Of a stretch of DNA of 64,000 nt, positions 18,566 through 27,767 are shown piece after piece; the stretch's first letter is position 1; every line of letters begins with the position of its first letter. The notes under the pieces are model-generated. The model was not told the origin of the DNA, ran no database searches, and worked only from the letters and a program-made list of their open reading frames with translations. Origin of the DNA: a virus; the IMG/VR virus record IMGVR_UViG_3300042296_000700, positions 1-64,000 of that record. One strand, written 5' to 3'. A program made the translations under genes and the position numbers.

Positions 18566-19255
18566 ATGGCTCACGAACACATAGTTATAGTTTCATATCC
18601 ACGTAGTGGCTCAACCATTATTCAGCGAGTCTTGAATAAGGCTGAAGGAACTCTGGTTAAGGGTGAAACAATCGGCGCTATCAACCATTTAGCGGAGTTT
18701 GTCCACCTGATTGAGGACGTACGCCGTGATGTGGCTCCGCTATTGGATATGCCATCTAGTGATGACCGCAATCCAATGTTCGGGTATGAGGACTTCAATA
18801 TTGATGTTGTTATGGACAATCTCCGTAACGCATTCACTCACGGAGTGCTCAGCATGCCAGAAGGCATCCATAGGCTCGGATGGAAAGAGAACTTCATTTC
18901 CCCGTTAACTTTGGGTCATCAGAAGGCAACAAAAACCTTGCAGTTCATTCAGCGGCTACTACCGAACACGAAGTTTATTTTCAATGTTCGTTCTCCTGAG
19001 GTCACTGCAAAAAGCGCCGTCTGGCGAACCCAGTTAAATCCAGTTGAAAAGATTGCCGAATTTAAAGACTGGATTCACAGCGTGCACAATTCAGAGATAC
19101 TGGGTAGCGCAAATACCCTCCTCCTTGACTACGAGGAATGGAACAACAACCCAGAACATCTTCAGATTGCTCTTGCGCGTTTTGGAATATTCATACCAAA
19201 AGAAGATGTAAAACTTATTCTTGATGAGCAATTGACCCACTTAGATAATTGGTAA
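18566..19255 (+). CDS. sulfotransferase family protein
   Basis: N-terminal PAPS-binding YPRSGST, GWKE, FIFNVR.P...AKS, DYEE. Confidence 0.8.
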   Translation: MAHEHIVIVSYPRSGSTIIQRVLNKAEGTLVKGETIGAINHLAEFVHLIEDVRRDVAPLLDMPSSDDRNPMFGYEDFNIDVVMDNLRNAFTHGVLSMPEGIHRLGWKENFISPLTLGHQKATKTLQFIQRLLPNTKFIFNVRSPEVTAKSAVWRTQLNPVEKIAEFKDWIHSVHNSEILGSANTLLLDYEEWNNNPEHLQIALARFGIFIPKEDVKLILDEQLTHLDNW

Positions 19256-19258
19256 GTA

Positions 19259-19621
19259 GTGGGTCTAATGGAGGTGCGGTTTCTGGGTGCTAGTAAGCGC
19301 CTAGAGCGAACTATCCAAGTTCTTGATGAGCGTGGACTTTGCAAGAACATGTATGTGAATCCATATTCTAAGACCGTAAGTATGACTGGTGCTTTGTTGT
19401 GCGCTTTCGGGGTTCCTGACGAGAACATTCTCGCTTGGGGTGGTGACGTTACTGAACTGCCCTTGATAGATAAGGACAGGGCAATGTTTCAGGAATTGCT
19501 TAATCTTTTGGAAGGCGTAGTTGACGACGACTTGGAATCATGGAGCGATAAATCGTCTCAAGATGAAGTTAAACACGCGCTAAATCGTTTGATAAATCTT
19601 ATTGAAATAAGCGTCACTTAG
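19259..19621 (+). CDS. hypothetical protein
   Basis: ORF track; SMTGALL...W.D motif. Confidence 0.55.
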   Translation: MGLMEVRFLGASKRLERTIQVLDERGLCKNMYVNPYSKTVSMTGALLCAFGVPDENILAWGGDVTELPLIDKDRAMFQELLNLLEGVVDDDLESWSDKSSQDEVKHALNRLINLIEISVT

Positions 19622-20401
19622 TTAATTCTTAGTTTTATTGTATGCTTCAAGCAGCGAACGCCCTTTAGCAGCAAGTTTCGCTGCGTCTTCCATCGTTTCT
19701 GGCACTGGCTCACCCCACGCAGCAGCAGATAACGCTAATCGTGTTGGTTTTCCATTAGGTAATTTCATCGGACCGCTCGGGTTAGTGAAAAAACGAGTTA
19801 GAAATGAACCTTTGCGACGCATTTTCATGGGCGTATCGGCAGGTCCAGTAACACCTGGTCTTAGATTTGAGCCCTGTGTTCTGTTGTAGAACGCTCGCCC
19901 CCTAGCGGTTAACCCGCCTTTCGGGTCTTTAAGAGGTTGCGTTAGTTCTTTTTTTTTTGCTTCGCCATCAGTAATCGTTGGACCGCCAACAACCCATGCA
20001 TCGCAGGTTCGTTCGGCATGGCATTTGAAGTCAAATGCTTCACAGTAGCCAATCTTGCCAGCATCAATAATGTCCATTGCGGTATTGCCTGCTTCGTTAC
20101 CGAGAGCACCTTCAATACACTTAAGAATCCGAGGCGAACGCACAAACATAATACAATTACCGCATAGTTGTTTCTTTGATGATTCAATGGAAACGTCCCA
20201 GCGGTCAGCCTTTTTCTTCCAGAAATCAACATTGGGCTCTTTTGGATTTAGAGGACCATAACCAGCGGTATCAATTGCTTTTTGACGATTCTTAATATTG
20301 ACAGCAATATCTTGTGTCGCTAGAGGGCAAACATCACCTTCAGCCTTAATTTGGATTCCAGTGATTTTGCTAATGTCCATTATTTTTTGAACTCTTCCCA
20401 A
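19622..20401 (-). CDS. two-domain conserved phage protein (Cys-rich domain + DUF6321-like KDPKGGLT domain)
   Basis: CP.ATQD...YGP.NP...CGNC...C..FDFKC...RTCDAW and KDPKGGLTARGR...RRKGSF..RF. Confidence 0.65.
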   Translation of the reverse strand: MGRVQKIMDISKITGIQIKAEGDVCPLATQDIAVNIKNRQKAIDTAGYGPLNPKEPNVDFWKKKADRWDVSIESSKKQLCGNCIMFVRSPRILKCIEGALGNEAGNTAMDIIDAGKIGYCEAFDFKCHAERTCDAWVVGGPTITDGEAKKKELTQPLKDPKGGLTARGRAFYNRTQGSNLRPGVTGPADTPMKMRRKGSFLTRFFTNPSGPMKLPNGKPTRLALSAAAWGEPVPETMEDAAKLAAKGRSLLEAYNKTKN

Positions 20402-20781
20402 GTTTTGTCTCCAACACCAAAGTACTCTCTGGCGTGACCTGACTGAATAATATCAGTGTTTAGACATGCGGTCGTCGGGTCATCAATTTTGTCTGAAGAA
20501 AAGATGCGGGCTAAGACTCGCCCGTATTTATCATTTTTGTCTGGGATGGTATTCACAAAAACCCATTTATGGCTAGTGAGCCAGTCCTGAGTAAAACTTT
20601 TGGCTTTCAGACCCAACTCTTTTTCTTTGAGGTCTTTAGTGCGTGATTCAGGAGTATTGACACCGTATAGGCGGACACGAATCTTGTGGTGCACATCAAA
20701 CCCAAGGTCAACCATCAGTTCAATAGTGTCCCCATCAATCACCTTGAGAAGGGTTGCTCCATACCAAAATCGTTCAGCCAT
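20380..20781 (-). CDS. thermonuclease (SNase-like)
   Basis: VIDGDT, RVRLYGVNTPE, DKYGRVLA. Confidence 0.92.
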   Translation of the reverse strand: MAERFWYGATLLKVIDGDTIELMVDLGFDVHHKIRVRLYGVNTPESRTKDLKEKELGLKAKSFTQDWLTSHKWVFVNTIPDKNDKYGRVLARIFSSDKIDDPTTACLNTDIIQSGHAREYFGVGDKTWEEFKK

Positions 20782-20816
20782 ATATACATTATCCCATACG
20801 TAGTGTTCAGATAAAG

Positions 20817-20852
20817 CAAAAACCCCCCGCCGTTTCCGACAGGGGGTTTTTG
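20817..20852 (-). terminator. intrinsic terminator after the major capsid gene
   Basis: CAAAAACCCCC...GGGGGTTTTTG hairpin. Confidence 0.75.
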
Positions 20853-20879
20853 TTGCCTAAGGTAGGCGGATGTTGCTTA

Positions 20880-22181
20880 TCAGGCAGGAGCGCTGTTGAA
20901 GGTGACTTCAACGAATGCTTCAGGGCGCTTGACTGCGAGAGCCAGACGCTGTTCTGCGAGCACAACGATTGCGTTGCGGACGAAGAAGTCTGCGTGCTGT
21001 TCGCTGATGCGGATGCTTGCCTGCTCACGGTCGTACAACTGTGCTCCCGTACCGAATGCGCCGATGAGACCCTTGCCTTCGGTCATTGCTGGGGTGTCCA
21101 CGACTGGGATGCGCCACAAGCGTGGCTCTCCGCCGAGGGCAACCGAAACGGCTACGAGGTACTGACCATTGTCGTCCTTTGACAATTCAATGTCTTCCCA
21201 ATCATTCGGGTGAAGAACAACGCCAGTTGGCTCGTAGTAAGCGAGGAACGACAAGGTTGCGGCACGACGAATCGCGTCAGCCTTGGTGTCACCTGCTGCT
21301 CCAGACGACCAAGAGTAATCCTGAACGCCAGTGGTGTTGAGGATTCCGAGGAGGTTTTCGCCAACTCCGTCACCGTTAAGGATTTGGGCATCTTCCTGAA
21401 GGCGCAAGCCGTAAAGAAGTTCGTTGTCAATGATGCTGCGCAATTGCGGCTCATCGGCGAGAACGTTACGGTGTGCTGCTTCCCAGTGAGCCAAAGTGCG
21501 AACAGGAGCCTGCTCACCAACGAATTGGAAAGACGACTGCGGCTTGGCAGCAAAGGCGTTACCACTACGCTCGGCAACTGCGCCTGCGTTGTTGGTGAAA
21601 CCAGTCATACGGAAGTATTCAATGACCGAAGCAGTCGTGGTACGGCTTGGGAACAAGTCGCGAACACGCTTGGTACGCATTGGAGGAATGACGATGGCAT
21701 CGCGCTGGATTGAACCAAACGAACCAGGGGTTCCCGTTGGCAATGCGCTGTACATGTCCTTGGTGCTCCAGAGACCCGTGACATCTGCACGGTTAACTTG
21801 GAAAGGAGCAGGCATGTTTGCGCCATTCTTGCCGCCGCCAAGAGCCTTGAATTCTGTTGAATCCAAGAACGCCTGTCCGAGGCTCTTTGCCGAAGCAGGT
21901 GCTTGACTCCACTGACCTTGAGCGGCAGCAGCCTCTGCTACTGAACCACCCTGTGGCTGTGAGCCCCATGCTTCAACATCGCGCATACTTTCAAGACCCT
22001 CAATGAGGCTCTTGATTTCGCGGATATCTCGCATATTGCTGTCAAATGCTGACTTCTGCTCGGATGAAACGATTACGGTGCCTTCTTCAATTTTGAATGA
22101 GTCGGCGATTTCTTTGTTGTTTGCCATCTTGGTGCGAAGCGCACCTTGAAGTTCAGACAATCGGTTTGCGTCAAAAGACAT
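20880..22181 (-). CDS. major capsid protein (HK97 fold, N-terminal delta domain)
   Basis: KSLG.AF, VRTLAHW, LADEPQL.S.ID.EL..GL...ED.QILNGDG, VLHPNDW..IEL.KD..G.Y, AE.RLALAV.RPEAF. Confidence 0.96.
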   Translation of the reverse strand: MSFDANRLSELQGALRTKMANNKEIADSFKIEEGTVIVSSEQKSAFDSNMRDIREIKSLIEGLESMRDVEAWGSQPQGGSVAEAAAAQGQWSQAPASAKSLGQAFLDSTEFKALGGGKNGANMPAPFQVNRADVTGLWSTKDMYSALPTGTPGSFGSIQRDAIVIPPMRTKRVRDLFPSRTTTASVIEYFRMTGFTNNAGAVAERSGNAFAAKPQSSFQFVGEQAPVRTLAHWEAAHRNVLADEPQLRSIIDNELLYGLRLQEDAQILNGDGVGENLLGILNTTGVQDYSWSSGAAGDTKADAIRRAATLSFLAYYEPTGVVLHPNDWEDIELSKDDNGQYLVAVSVALGGEPRLWRIPVVDTPAMTEGKGLIGAFGTGAQLYDREQASIRISEQHADFFVRNAIVVLAEQRLALAVKRPEAFVEVTFNSAPA

Positions 22182-22327
22182 TTTTACTCCTATGAGTGTG
22201 TTGAGGGGTTTGTTTTTGCTTATATAACTTGCGGTTTAGGTAAGCACCCAACCAACGTGTCTTTATGTAAGATACACCTAGATATACAACGTACGCTGTA
22301 ACTTTCAGGGATTTTGTGAGAATATTA

Positions 22328-23557
22328 TTAAATCTCTTGAGCATCTTCTAAGACATAATGTCGGGTGACATTTCTTGGTACCCCACGCCGCTCTGATGAG
22401 CCACGCAAAGAAACCTCTAGTTCCTTATAGTTTACACCATTCATTGTAAACGACTTTAATTTCTTGCCTTTGTCCTTCCAAGGATGTCCTTCTGGGAGTA
22501 GGTCATTATCTGTTGTATATGACGCTTTTGCGCTACCAGTCATCAACAATTTAAGGAAAGCATTGACACGACCCATTGCCCATTGGTTTCTATTCATGCC
22601 GGGTCGGTGGCTGACACTAAAAGCACCAGCACCGCGACGGTAAACAGATTTAAGCGCACGAAGATTAGTTTTTGACCAATCGTCTTTTTTCTTGTCTTTT
22701 ACAGCAGAGTTATGTTCGCGAACTTTGGTCACTAAAGAGTTCTCAACGCCAATAGTTAGCGAGATTTCACTCCCTGAACTTACAGAACTTGCCGAACCGA
22801 CACTATTCCGACTTGAGCCGATAATCTTGTCCTTCTTAGGCGCAGGAGTTTTTGCCCCAGATTTATCGTCAGTGATGACTTCTTCAACCTCGTCCTTTTT
22901 CTTGGGACGTCCATCGTTTCTGAGTCCACGTACTTTGTTGTAATCAGGGGATGTGGTGCACGGTAAGTAAACGATTTTGCCGTCACTTGCACGGTAACTA
23001 CGGATACCAATACAACCTAACTGACGTGCGCGTACACGGGCTGAATCTGGGTTCGTATAAACGTCAGGGTCTGTTGAACGAGAAACATAATTAACGAAAC
23101 CCTTAGCGTCCATCTGTTCCACTTCAAGCGTCTTGCCTGAAACGAGACCGCCACCAGAAAGAGTGTCTATAGAGAGCACCCCACGCTCACCCAGTTTTTC
23201 AAAATCATTCTTTTTCGGGATAGGTTGCCCATTATTGCAAATGCTGTAAACGGCAACACCGTTGCGCATTATCGTCCGTACCCCACCACACCTACGCTTT
23301 TTAGCCTCAAGCAATGCTTCAGCACGAGAACTAAATGTTTCTGTGCTTTTAGAGTCAGTAATAGCAATCTTGGCTTGAAAAGATGGAGTCAAAGTCTTTT
23401 CGTTACGCACTTTTTGTTGACCACGAATAGCGTCAGTCATCACCTCATGGCTGACACAGGGCATCCAGCGACCTTCGGCATCCTGATGAGCGCCGTAGCA
23501 CCCAAGCATTCTTGCCACGCGCATTGCCTGCTTGCGTGTTGCCGACTCCATTATCAA
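22328..23557 (-). CDS. head-associated protein with three xGC.G...PC repeats and a C-terminal conserved domain
   Basis: ARMLGCYGAH..MPC, AKKRRCGGVR..IC, ARQLGCIGIR..LPC; VYRRGAGAF..SHRP...QWAMGRVNAF...DNDLLP.GHP. Confidence 0.65.
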   Translation of the reverse strand: MIMESATRKQAMRVARMLGCYGAHQDAEGRWMPCVSHEVMTDAIRGQQKVRNEKTLTPSFQAKIAITDSKSTETFSSRAEALLEAKKRRCGGVRTIMRNGVAVYSICNNGQPIPKKNDFEKLGERGVLSIDTLSGGGLVSGKTLEVEQMDAKGFVNYVSRSTDPDVYTNPDSARVRARQLGCIGIRSYRASDGKIVYLPCTTSPDYNKVRGLRNDGRPKKKDEVEEVITDDKSGAKTPAPKKDKIIGSSRNSVGSASSVSSGSEISLTIGVENSLVTKVREHNSAVKDKKKDDWSKTNLRALKSVYRRGAGAFSVSHRPGMNRNQWAMGRVNAFLKLLMTGSAKASYTTDNDLLPEGHPWKDKGKKLKSFTMNGVNYKELEVSLRGSSERRGVPRNVTRHYVLEDAQEI

Positions 23558-23871
23558 ACCTCAGGGTAGAGGATTTTGACTTTACGTGGAATTGAACTCT
23601 TGCCGTCTTTTTCTGTCAAATCGCCCATATAGAAACCGTTATTGGAGAACTTGACAAAAACCTTCTCTAGTTCTTTTTGGTTTTTCTTTTGGCTGAAATA
23701 CCAGACAGTTGAGTGAATTAGTTCGTCATCATCTGTTTCCTCATCAAGCGCATTCGCTATGAGAAGGACTTTACGACGCACCTCTTCAGGGAGTTTCATA
23801 AACTCCTCTTTGATGTGGGCAATGTTTTGAGGTGTTAAACCAATTTTTTTAGAAATTTTATTCTTCGTCAC
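23554..23871 (-). CDS. small protein downstream of the GNAT effector (candidate immunity protein)
   Basis: Overlaps the stop of the 1213-aa gene. Confidence 0.55.
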   Translation of the reverse strand: MTKNKISKKIGLTPQNIAHIKEEFMKLPEEVRRKVLLIANALDEETDDDELIHSTVWYFSQKKNQKELEKVFVKFSNNGFYMGDLTEKDGKSSIPRKVKILYPEV

Positions 23872-26800
23872 GTGGGTCCGCCTTAATCAAGTTCTTGTCA
23901 AGATAGAAAGTTCCGCTTGCTAGTCCCATGTTGGTTGCGAACCAGTTGCGCAGTTCTGTATCGCGGGCTCGCTTTGCTTCGCGTTCGTCGTTGCCGTAGG
24001 GGTTTGTTAGTGCATAAATAAAATCCATATGCCTGACGGAGTTTGGATTGTCTTTGTGTTTATCTATCAAATATTCAATGATATTAGCATCTTCTTCGTT
24101 TTTGATGATTGAAGTGTCGCCACGCCGAAAAGCGTTGAGTTGTGTATTCAAATTACTGACATGCGTGTTTGGGATAGGGGCTTCAAATCCAATGCGACCC
24201 CAAACATAAGGTCCATCGTCAGCAGTGCCTACAGTAATTTTTTCAAATCCAGCAGCCTTAGCATACATGAAAGCGTGCTGGTTGTAAACAGTTTGAATTC
24301 CATTGTTCTTGTGGTCGTTGCCACGAATAAACATTGTGCCGTTTCTAACCACACCTGCGTTGAGGTCTAAGTATCTACTACTGTCTCCCATGTTTGTCCA
24401 AGTGCCATTTGCGTTTTTTACCTCAAAATTAACGCTCACAGTGATTTGATTACCACTCAGACTGGCAGTTGCAACAGACCTGTATGTTTTACCGTTTGAG
24501 CCTTGAATTTCAGGGTGGGAGTACATTGCCTTAGCCCACGCTTCTAGTTGATTTCTTGCCGCTGATGCTTCTGGTCCACGTCCTTGTGCGTCGCGTAAAA
24601 GTTCTTGGCGTTTTTGAAGTGTCATTTCTTTCCATGGTGCGTTGCCTGCGCCGTATTGCCTATCTAGATGAAGAGCAAGTGTTCTTTGTCGTCCTTCAAT
24701 TGCGTCCTTCACACGCTGTTCTGCTTGACGTGCCAATTCAGGGTTTAGTGGTTCTGGTGCTGGCGCCGCAAGTGCTGCATCAATTTCCGCTTTCCGTTCT
24801 TTATATCTGTCGCGATGTGCAATTGCCACAATGAGGTCACGTTGCGCTACAAGGAAATTATCGTTTACTCCTTGTCCTTCGCGAGCGTCATAATTACGCT
24901 TTTTGGAAGCAACAACCTCATCTAGTTCGGCAAGACGCCGCTCATATGCTGGCAATATGCCGTCCCTATCGCGCATCCGCATGAGGGCGTCTCCGCCACC
25001 ATTGAAAGCACCGTTGAAGTCGGCATCAGCCCTGCCAACGCCGTCGTTCACAGCATTGTTTGCGCGAGATACGCGCTCGTTGACATTAGGCGCACCCTGT
25101 GCTTCAAAGAAAGCGCGCCATTGTGCAGGGGTGCGCCCTCTGACGTCATCGTCTCCACCAATACGGGTTGCTTGTTGTGCTGCCGCAGAAGGTTCTCTTG
25201 GAGCAGATGGCGTCCGACTTGGTTCTGGAGCATTTGGTGCGTCGTTGCCTTCAAGTTCTGCAGCACGACGCTTGAAAGCATTTCGTGTATCCATAACACG
25301 TTGAACTTGACCATTTTTGTCAATTACGTTTCTTGCTGCGTCTTCTTTGTCTTCATCTCCAGCATTACCAAAGGCGTCTGCCGCTTCACGAAGTTCTCTC
25401 CGTGCATCATCAAGCGCATTCTCCTGAACTTGGACGTTCGCACGAAGTTCAACAAGGTCACCACGCCTCCACGCAGCCATATTCTGAGGAAGTTGAACAT
25501 CGCGGTTTTGGATGATTCCTTCTTGAACTCGCCTTGCATAATCATCATCCATATTGTTGCCAAGCATGCGACGAAGTTGGGCTTTATCAAGACCGTCATC
25601 TGGAATATCAAATCCCATACGAAGGTCGGCTGGCACGCTACGAGGGTTACGCGCTGCTTCAACCTGACGCCTAGCCTGCTCTACAGTATTTTCAGCACGA
25701 GCAGGCTGTCCGTTGTTACGGTCATAAACCTCTTGCCATGCGTCCCTATAATCCTTGAGACCCCTTCTGACTTGACCAATACTAATTCTTTCACCGTCGT
25801 CGCGCTCAAAGAAATCCCTGTCAGCAATTTGTCCACGATTAATCGCATCCTCTAGACGGTCCCACCTCGCTTTAGAAATCGTAACTTTCTGGCGCGCTTC
25901 GTCTGCCTTGCTTCTTTTTCTAGCAGCACTGTCAGGGAAGTTGCGGTCGTCATTCAAAATCATTATTGGGTCATTGGGCAAAATGTCACGAAGTACGTAT
26001 TCCTTAAAATTGTCGTCATTTAAGACTTGGTTTAAATCACCTGCTCGTACACCACCCCCTGACGTGAATAGGCGTCCCCTGTTAGTTGCGTTATCGCTTT
26101 GACCAGCACGAGCAGGCTTGCGTGGGTCAGGAAGTGACCTCAACTGACGTTCTCTGCGAACGTCCGCAAGTATCATTCCAACTCTTGTTCTGTCTAAATC
26201 TTCACGCTGTATGTTGTCACGCTGGTTTTGAACTAGTTTTTCAAGTTCCAACAGGTCAGCGTCTTGAACTTGGTCAAGATTATTAAAGACATTCCTTTGT
26301 TCTTCATTAAACTCCCCAGCAAAGAAGTTGTCTTCAGGATTTTCTTGCATTTGGCGATTTATGCGCTTTGCGTCGCGTTCAACTCCGCCTAAACGACCAG
26401 CATTGTCGTCTCTTGTAATCGTGCGAGCAGGTGTTGTTTCGCGAGCGGCAGGTGCTGCGGATGGTTTGCGAGCCGCCGCACCTTCATTTTGACGAGAAGC
26501 AGTATCCCTATTATTGGCTGGTCGGCGACGACCCGCATTAGCAGGACGACGTGGAGCAGCAGGGCGAGGTCTTGCTGCAGGAGCAGGTGCAGCATCAACA
26601 TCAGTTCGTGCAGCACCAGGATTGTCAATTTCTCGTTGCATGCGACGTTCTTCAGATGCGCGCAGGTTTCGGCGTGGGCGTTTGGCGGCTGCAGGACGAG
26701 GGCGTGGGTTAGCATTATTTTGGCGACGACCGCGAGTTGCTTTACGTCGTTTCAACTCTGCCATTACTCGTTTGTAGTCGTCGCTATCCCTGCCATCGGT

Positions 26801-27499
26801 AGCGTTTTCTAACTCTTCACGCATTTCCTCTAAAACTTCAGTCGGTTCGGCTGCGAGAAGGTTGACGTCTTCACGTTCTTCACGAGCAGGACGAGCAGGG
26901 GTATCTGCGGCGTTGTCGGGAGTCAAGTCTCGTCCTCTGTCACGACCGCGAGGTGCTTGGGGAGCATCAGCGCGGCGAGCACGCCCTTCACGATTTGGCT
27001 TATCTGGGTCAACTACTTCGGCAAGACGACCCGCTGCTCGCTCAAGACGACCAGTAGGACGAGGCACTTCTGCGCCAACACGATTACGTTGTCCGCCTTG
27101 GCGACCTGTTAGGTCAAGAGCATCACCAACACGACCTGCGGCACGCTCAATTGCGCCTGGTGCTCCAGCCAAACGACCAGCCATACGGTCGTTACGTTTG
27201 CGTAGTTTTCGTTCGCGTCGGCGGTCACCAACATTTTCAAGACGTTCACCTAAATCAGAGATTTCATTAGCGAGACGGCGGGCTACACCCCAACCGCAGT
27301 TCCTGCCGAAACGGTCAGTAATTTGACCACCATAACGAGTTCCTACTGGACAACGAAAACCACCGCGGCGACTAGTCCCTGGTACTGCAAGGGATGGGTC
27401 AAATATTGCTCGTGCACGCTTAACTTCGTACAGCATGGAAGAGCGATTGCTTTCCGTTGTAAAGCGAAGAGCCTTATATGAAACTAGGTTTTTGTCCAT
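23858..27499 (-). CDS. large RCPxG-module protein with Arg/Pro/Ala linker and C-terminal GNAT-like domain
   Basis: GGFRCPVGTRYGGQITDRFGRNCG; C-terminal HKNNGIQT...GFEKITV...DDGPYVWGRIGF, similar to 12526-13641; likely start MDKNL at 27499. Confidence 0.75.
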   Translation of the reverse strand: MDKNLVSYKALRFTTESNRSSMLYEVKRARAIFDPSLAVPGTSRRGGFRCPVGTRYGGQITDRFGRNCGWGVARRLANEISDLGERLENVGDRRRERKLRKRNDRMAGRLAGAPGAIERAAGRVGDALDLTGRQGGQRNRVGAEVPRPTGRLERAAGRLAEVVDPDKPNREGRARRADAPQAPRGRDRGRDLTPDNAADTPARPAREEREDVNLLAAEPTEVLEEMREELENATDGRDSDDYKRVMAELKRRKATRGRRQNNANPRPRPAAAKRPRRNLRASEERRMQREIDNPGAARTDVDAAPAPAARPRPAAPRRPANAGRRRPANNRDTASRQNEGAAARKPSAAPAARETTPARTITRDDNAGRLGGVERDAKRINRQMQENPEDNFFAGEFNEEQRNVFNNLDQVQDADLLELEKLVQNQRDNIQREDLDRTRVGMILADVRRERQLRSLPDPRKPARAGQSDNATNRGRLFTSGGGVRAGDLNQVLNDDNFKEYVLRDILPNDPIMILNDDRNFPDSAARKRSKADEARQKVTISKARWDRLEDAINRGQIADRDFFERDDGERISIGQVRRGLKDYRDAWQEVYDRNNGQPARAENTVEQARRQVEAARNPRSVPADLRMGFDIPDDGLDKAQLRRMLGNNMDDDYARRVQEGIIQNRDVQLPQNMAAWRRGDLVELRANVQVQENALDDARRELREAADAFGNAGDEDKEDAARNVIDKNGQVQRVMDTRNAFKRRAAELEGNDAPNAPEPSRTPSAPREPSAAAQQATRIGGDDDVRGRTPAQWRAFFEAQGAPNVNERVSRANNAVNDGVGRADADFNGAFNGGGDALMRMRDRDGILPAYERRLAELDEVVASKKRNYDAREGQGVNDNFLVAQRDLIVAIAHRDRYKERKAEIDAALAAPAPEPLNPELARQAEQRVKDAIEGRQRTLALHLDRQYGAGNAPWKEMTLQKRQELLRDAQGRGPEASAARNQLEAWAKAMYSHPEIQGSNGKTYRSVATASLSGNQITVSVNFEVKNANGTWTNMGDSSRYLDLNAGVVRNGTMFIRGNDHKNNGIQTVYNQHAFMYAKAAGFEKITVGTADDGPYVWGRIGFEAPIPNTHVSNLNTQLNAFRRGDTSIIKNEEDANIIEYLIDKHKDNPNSVRHMDFIYALTNPYGNDEREAKRARDTELRNWFATNMGLASGTFYLDKNLIKADPRDEE

Positions 27500-27506
27500 T
27501 AGATGT

Positions 27507-27755
27507 TCACTTCCCAAACAATTCGCGTACTTTTGCCTCATAATCGCCCGAATAGTCACCCTCGGTGATTTCGCTATAAGTGCTGCTGGTAATAATTTCA
27601 CCGATTTTAGGTTTCTTATCACCTAAAGAATACCATTCGTCAAACGATTCATCTTGCTTGCCGTCGCTATCAAACAGTTTTATGCCGTTGTCTGTCTCAA
27701 TGTAAACATTCTTATATGTTTTGTCTTCAGTTGAAGTTACTACTACGTATTTCAT
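27507..27755 (-). CDS. small acidic protein downstream of the kinase effector (candidate immunity protein)
   Basis: 82 aa, GGAAAAG RBS, fills the gap between two paralogues. Confidence 0.6.
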   Translation of the reverse strand: MKYVVVTSTEDKTYKNVYIETDNGIKLFDSDGKQDESFDEWYSLGDKKPKIGEIITSSTYSEITEGDYSGDYEAKVRELFGK

Positions 27756-27767
27756 TTACTTTTCCAA

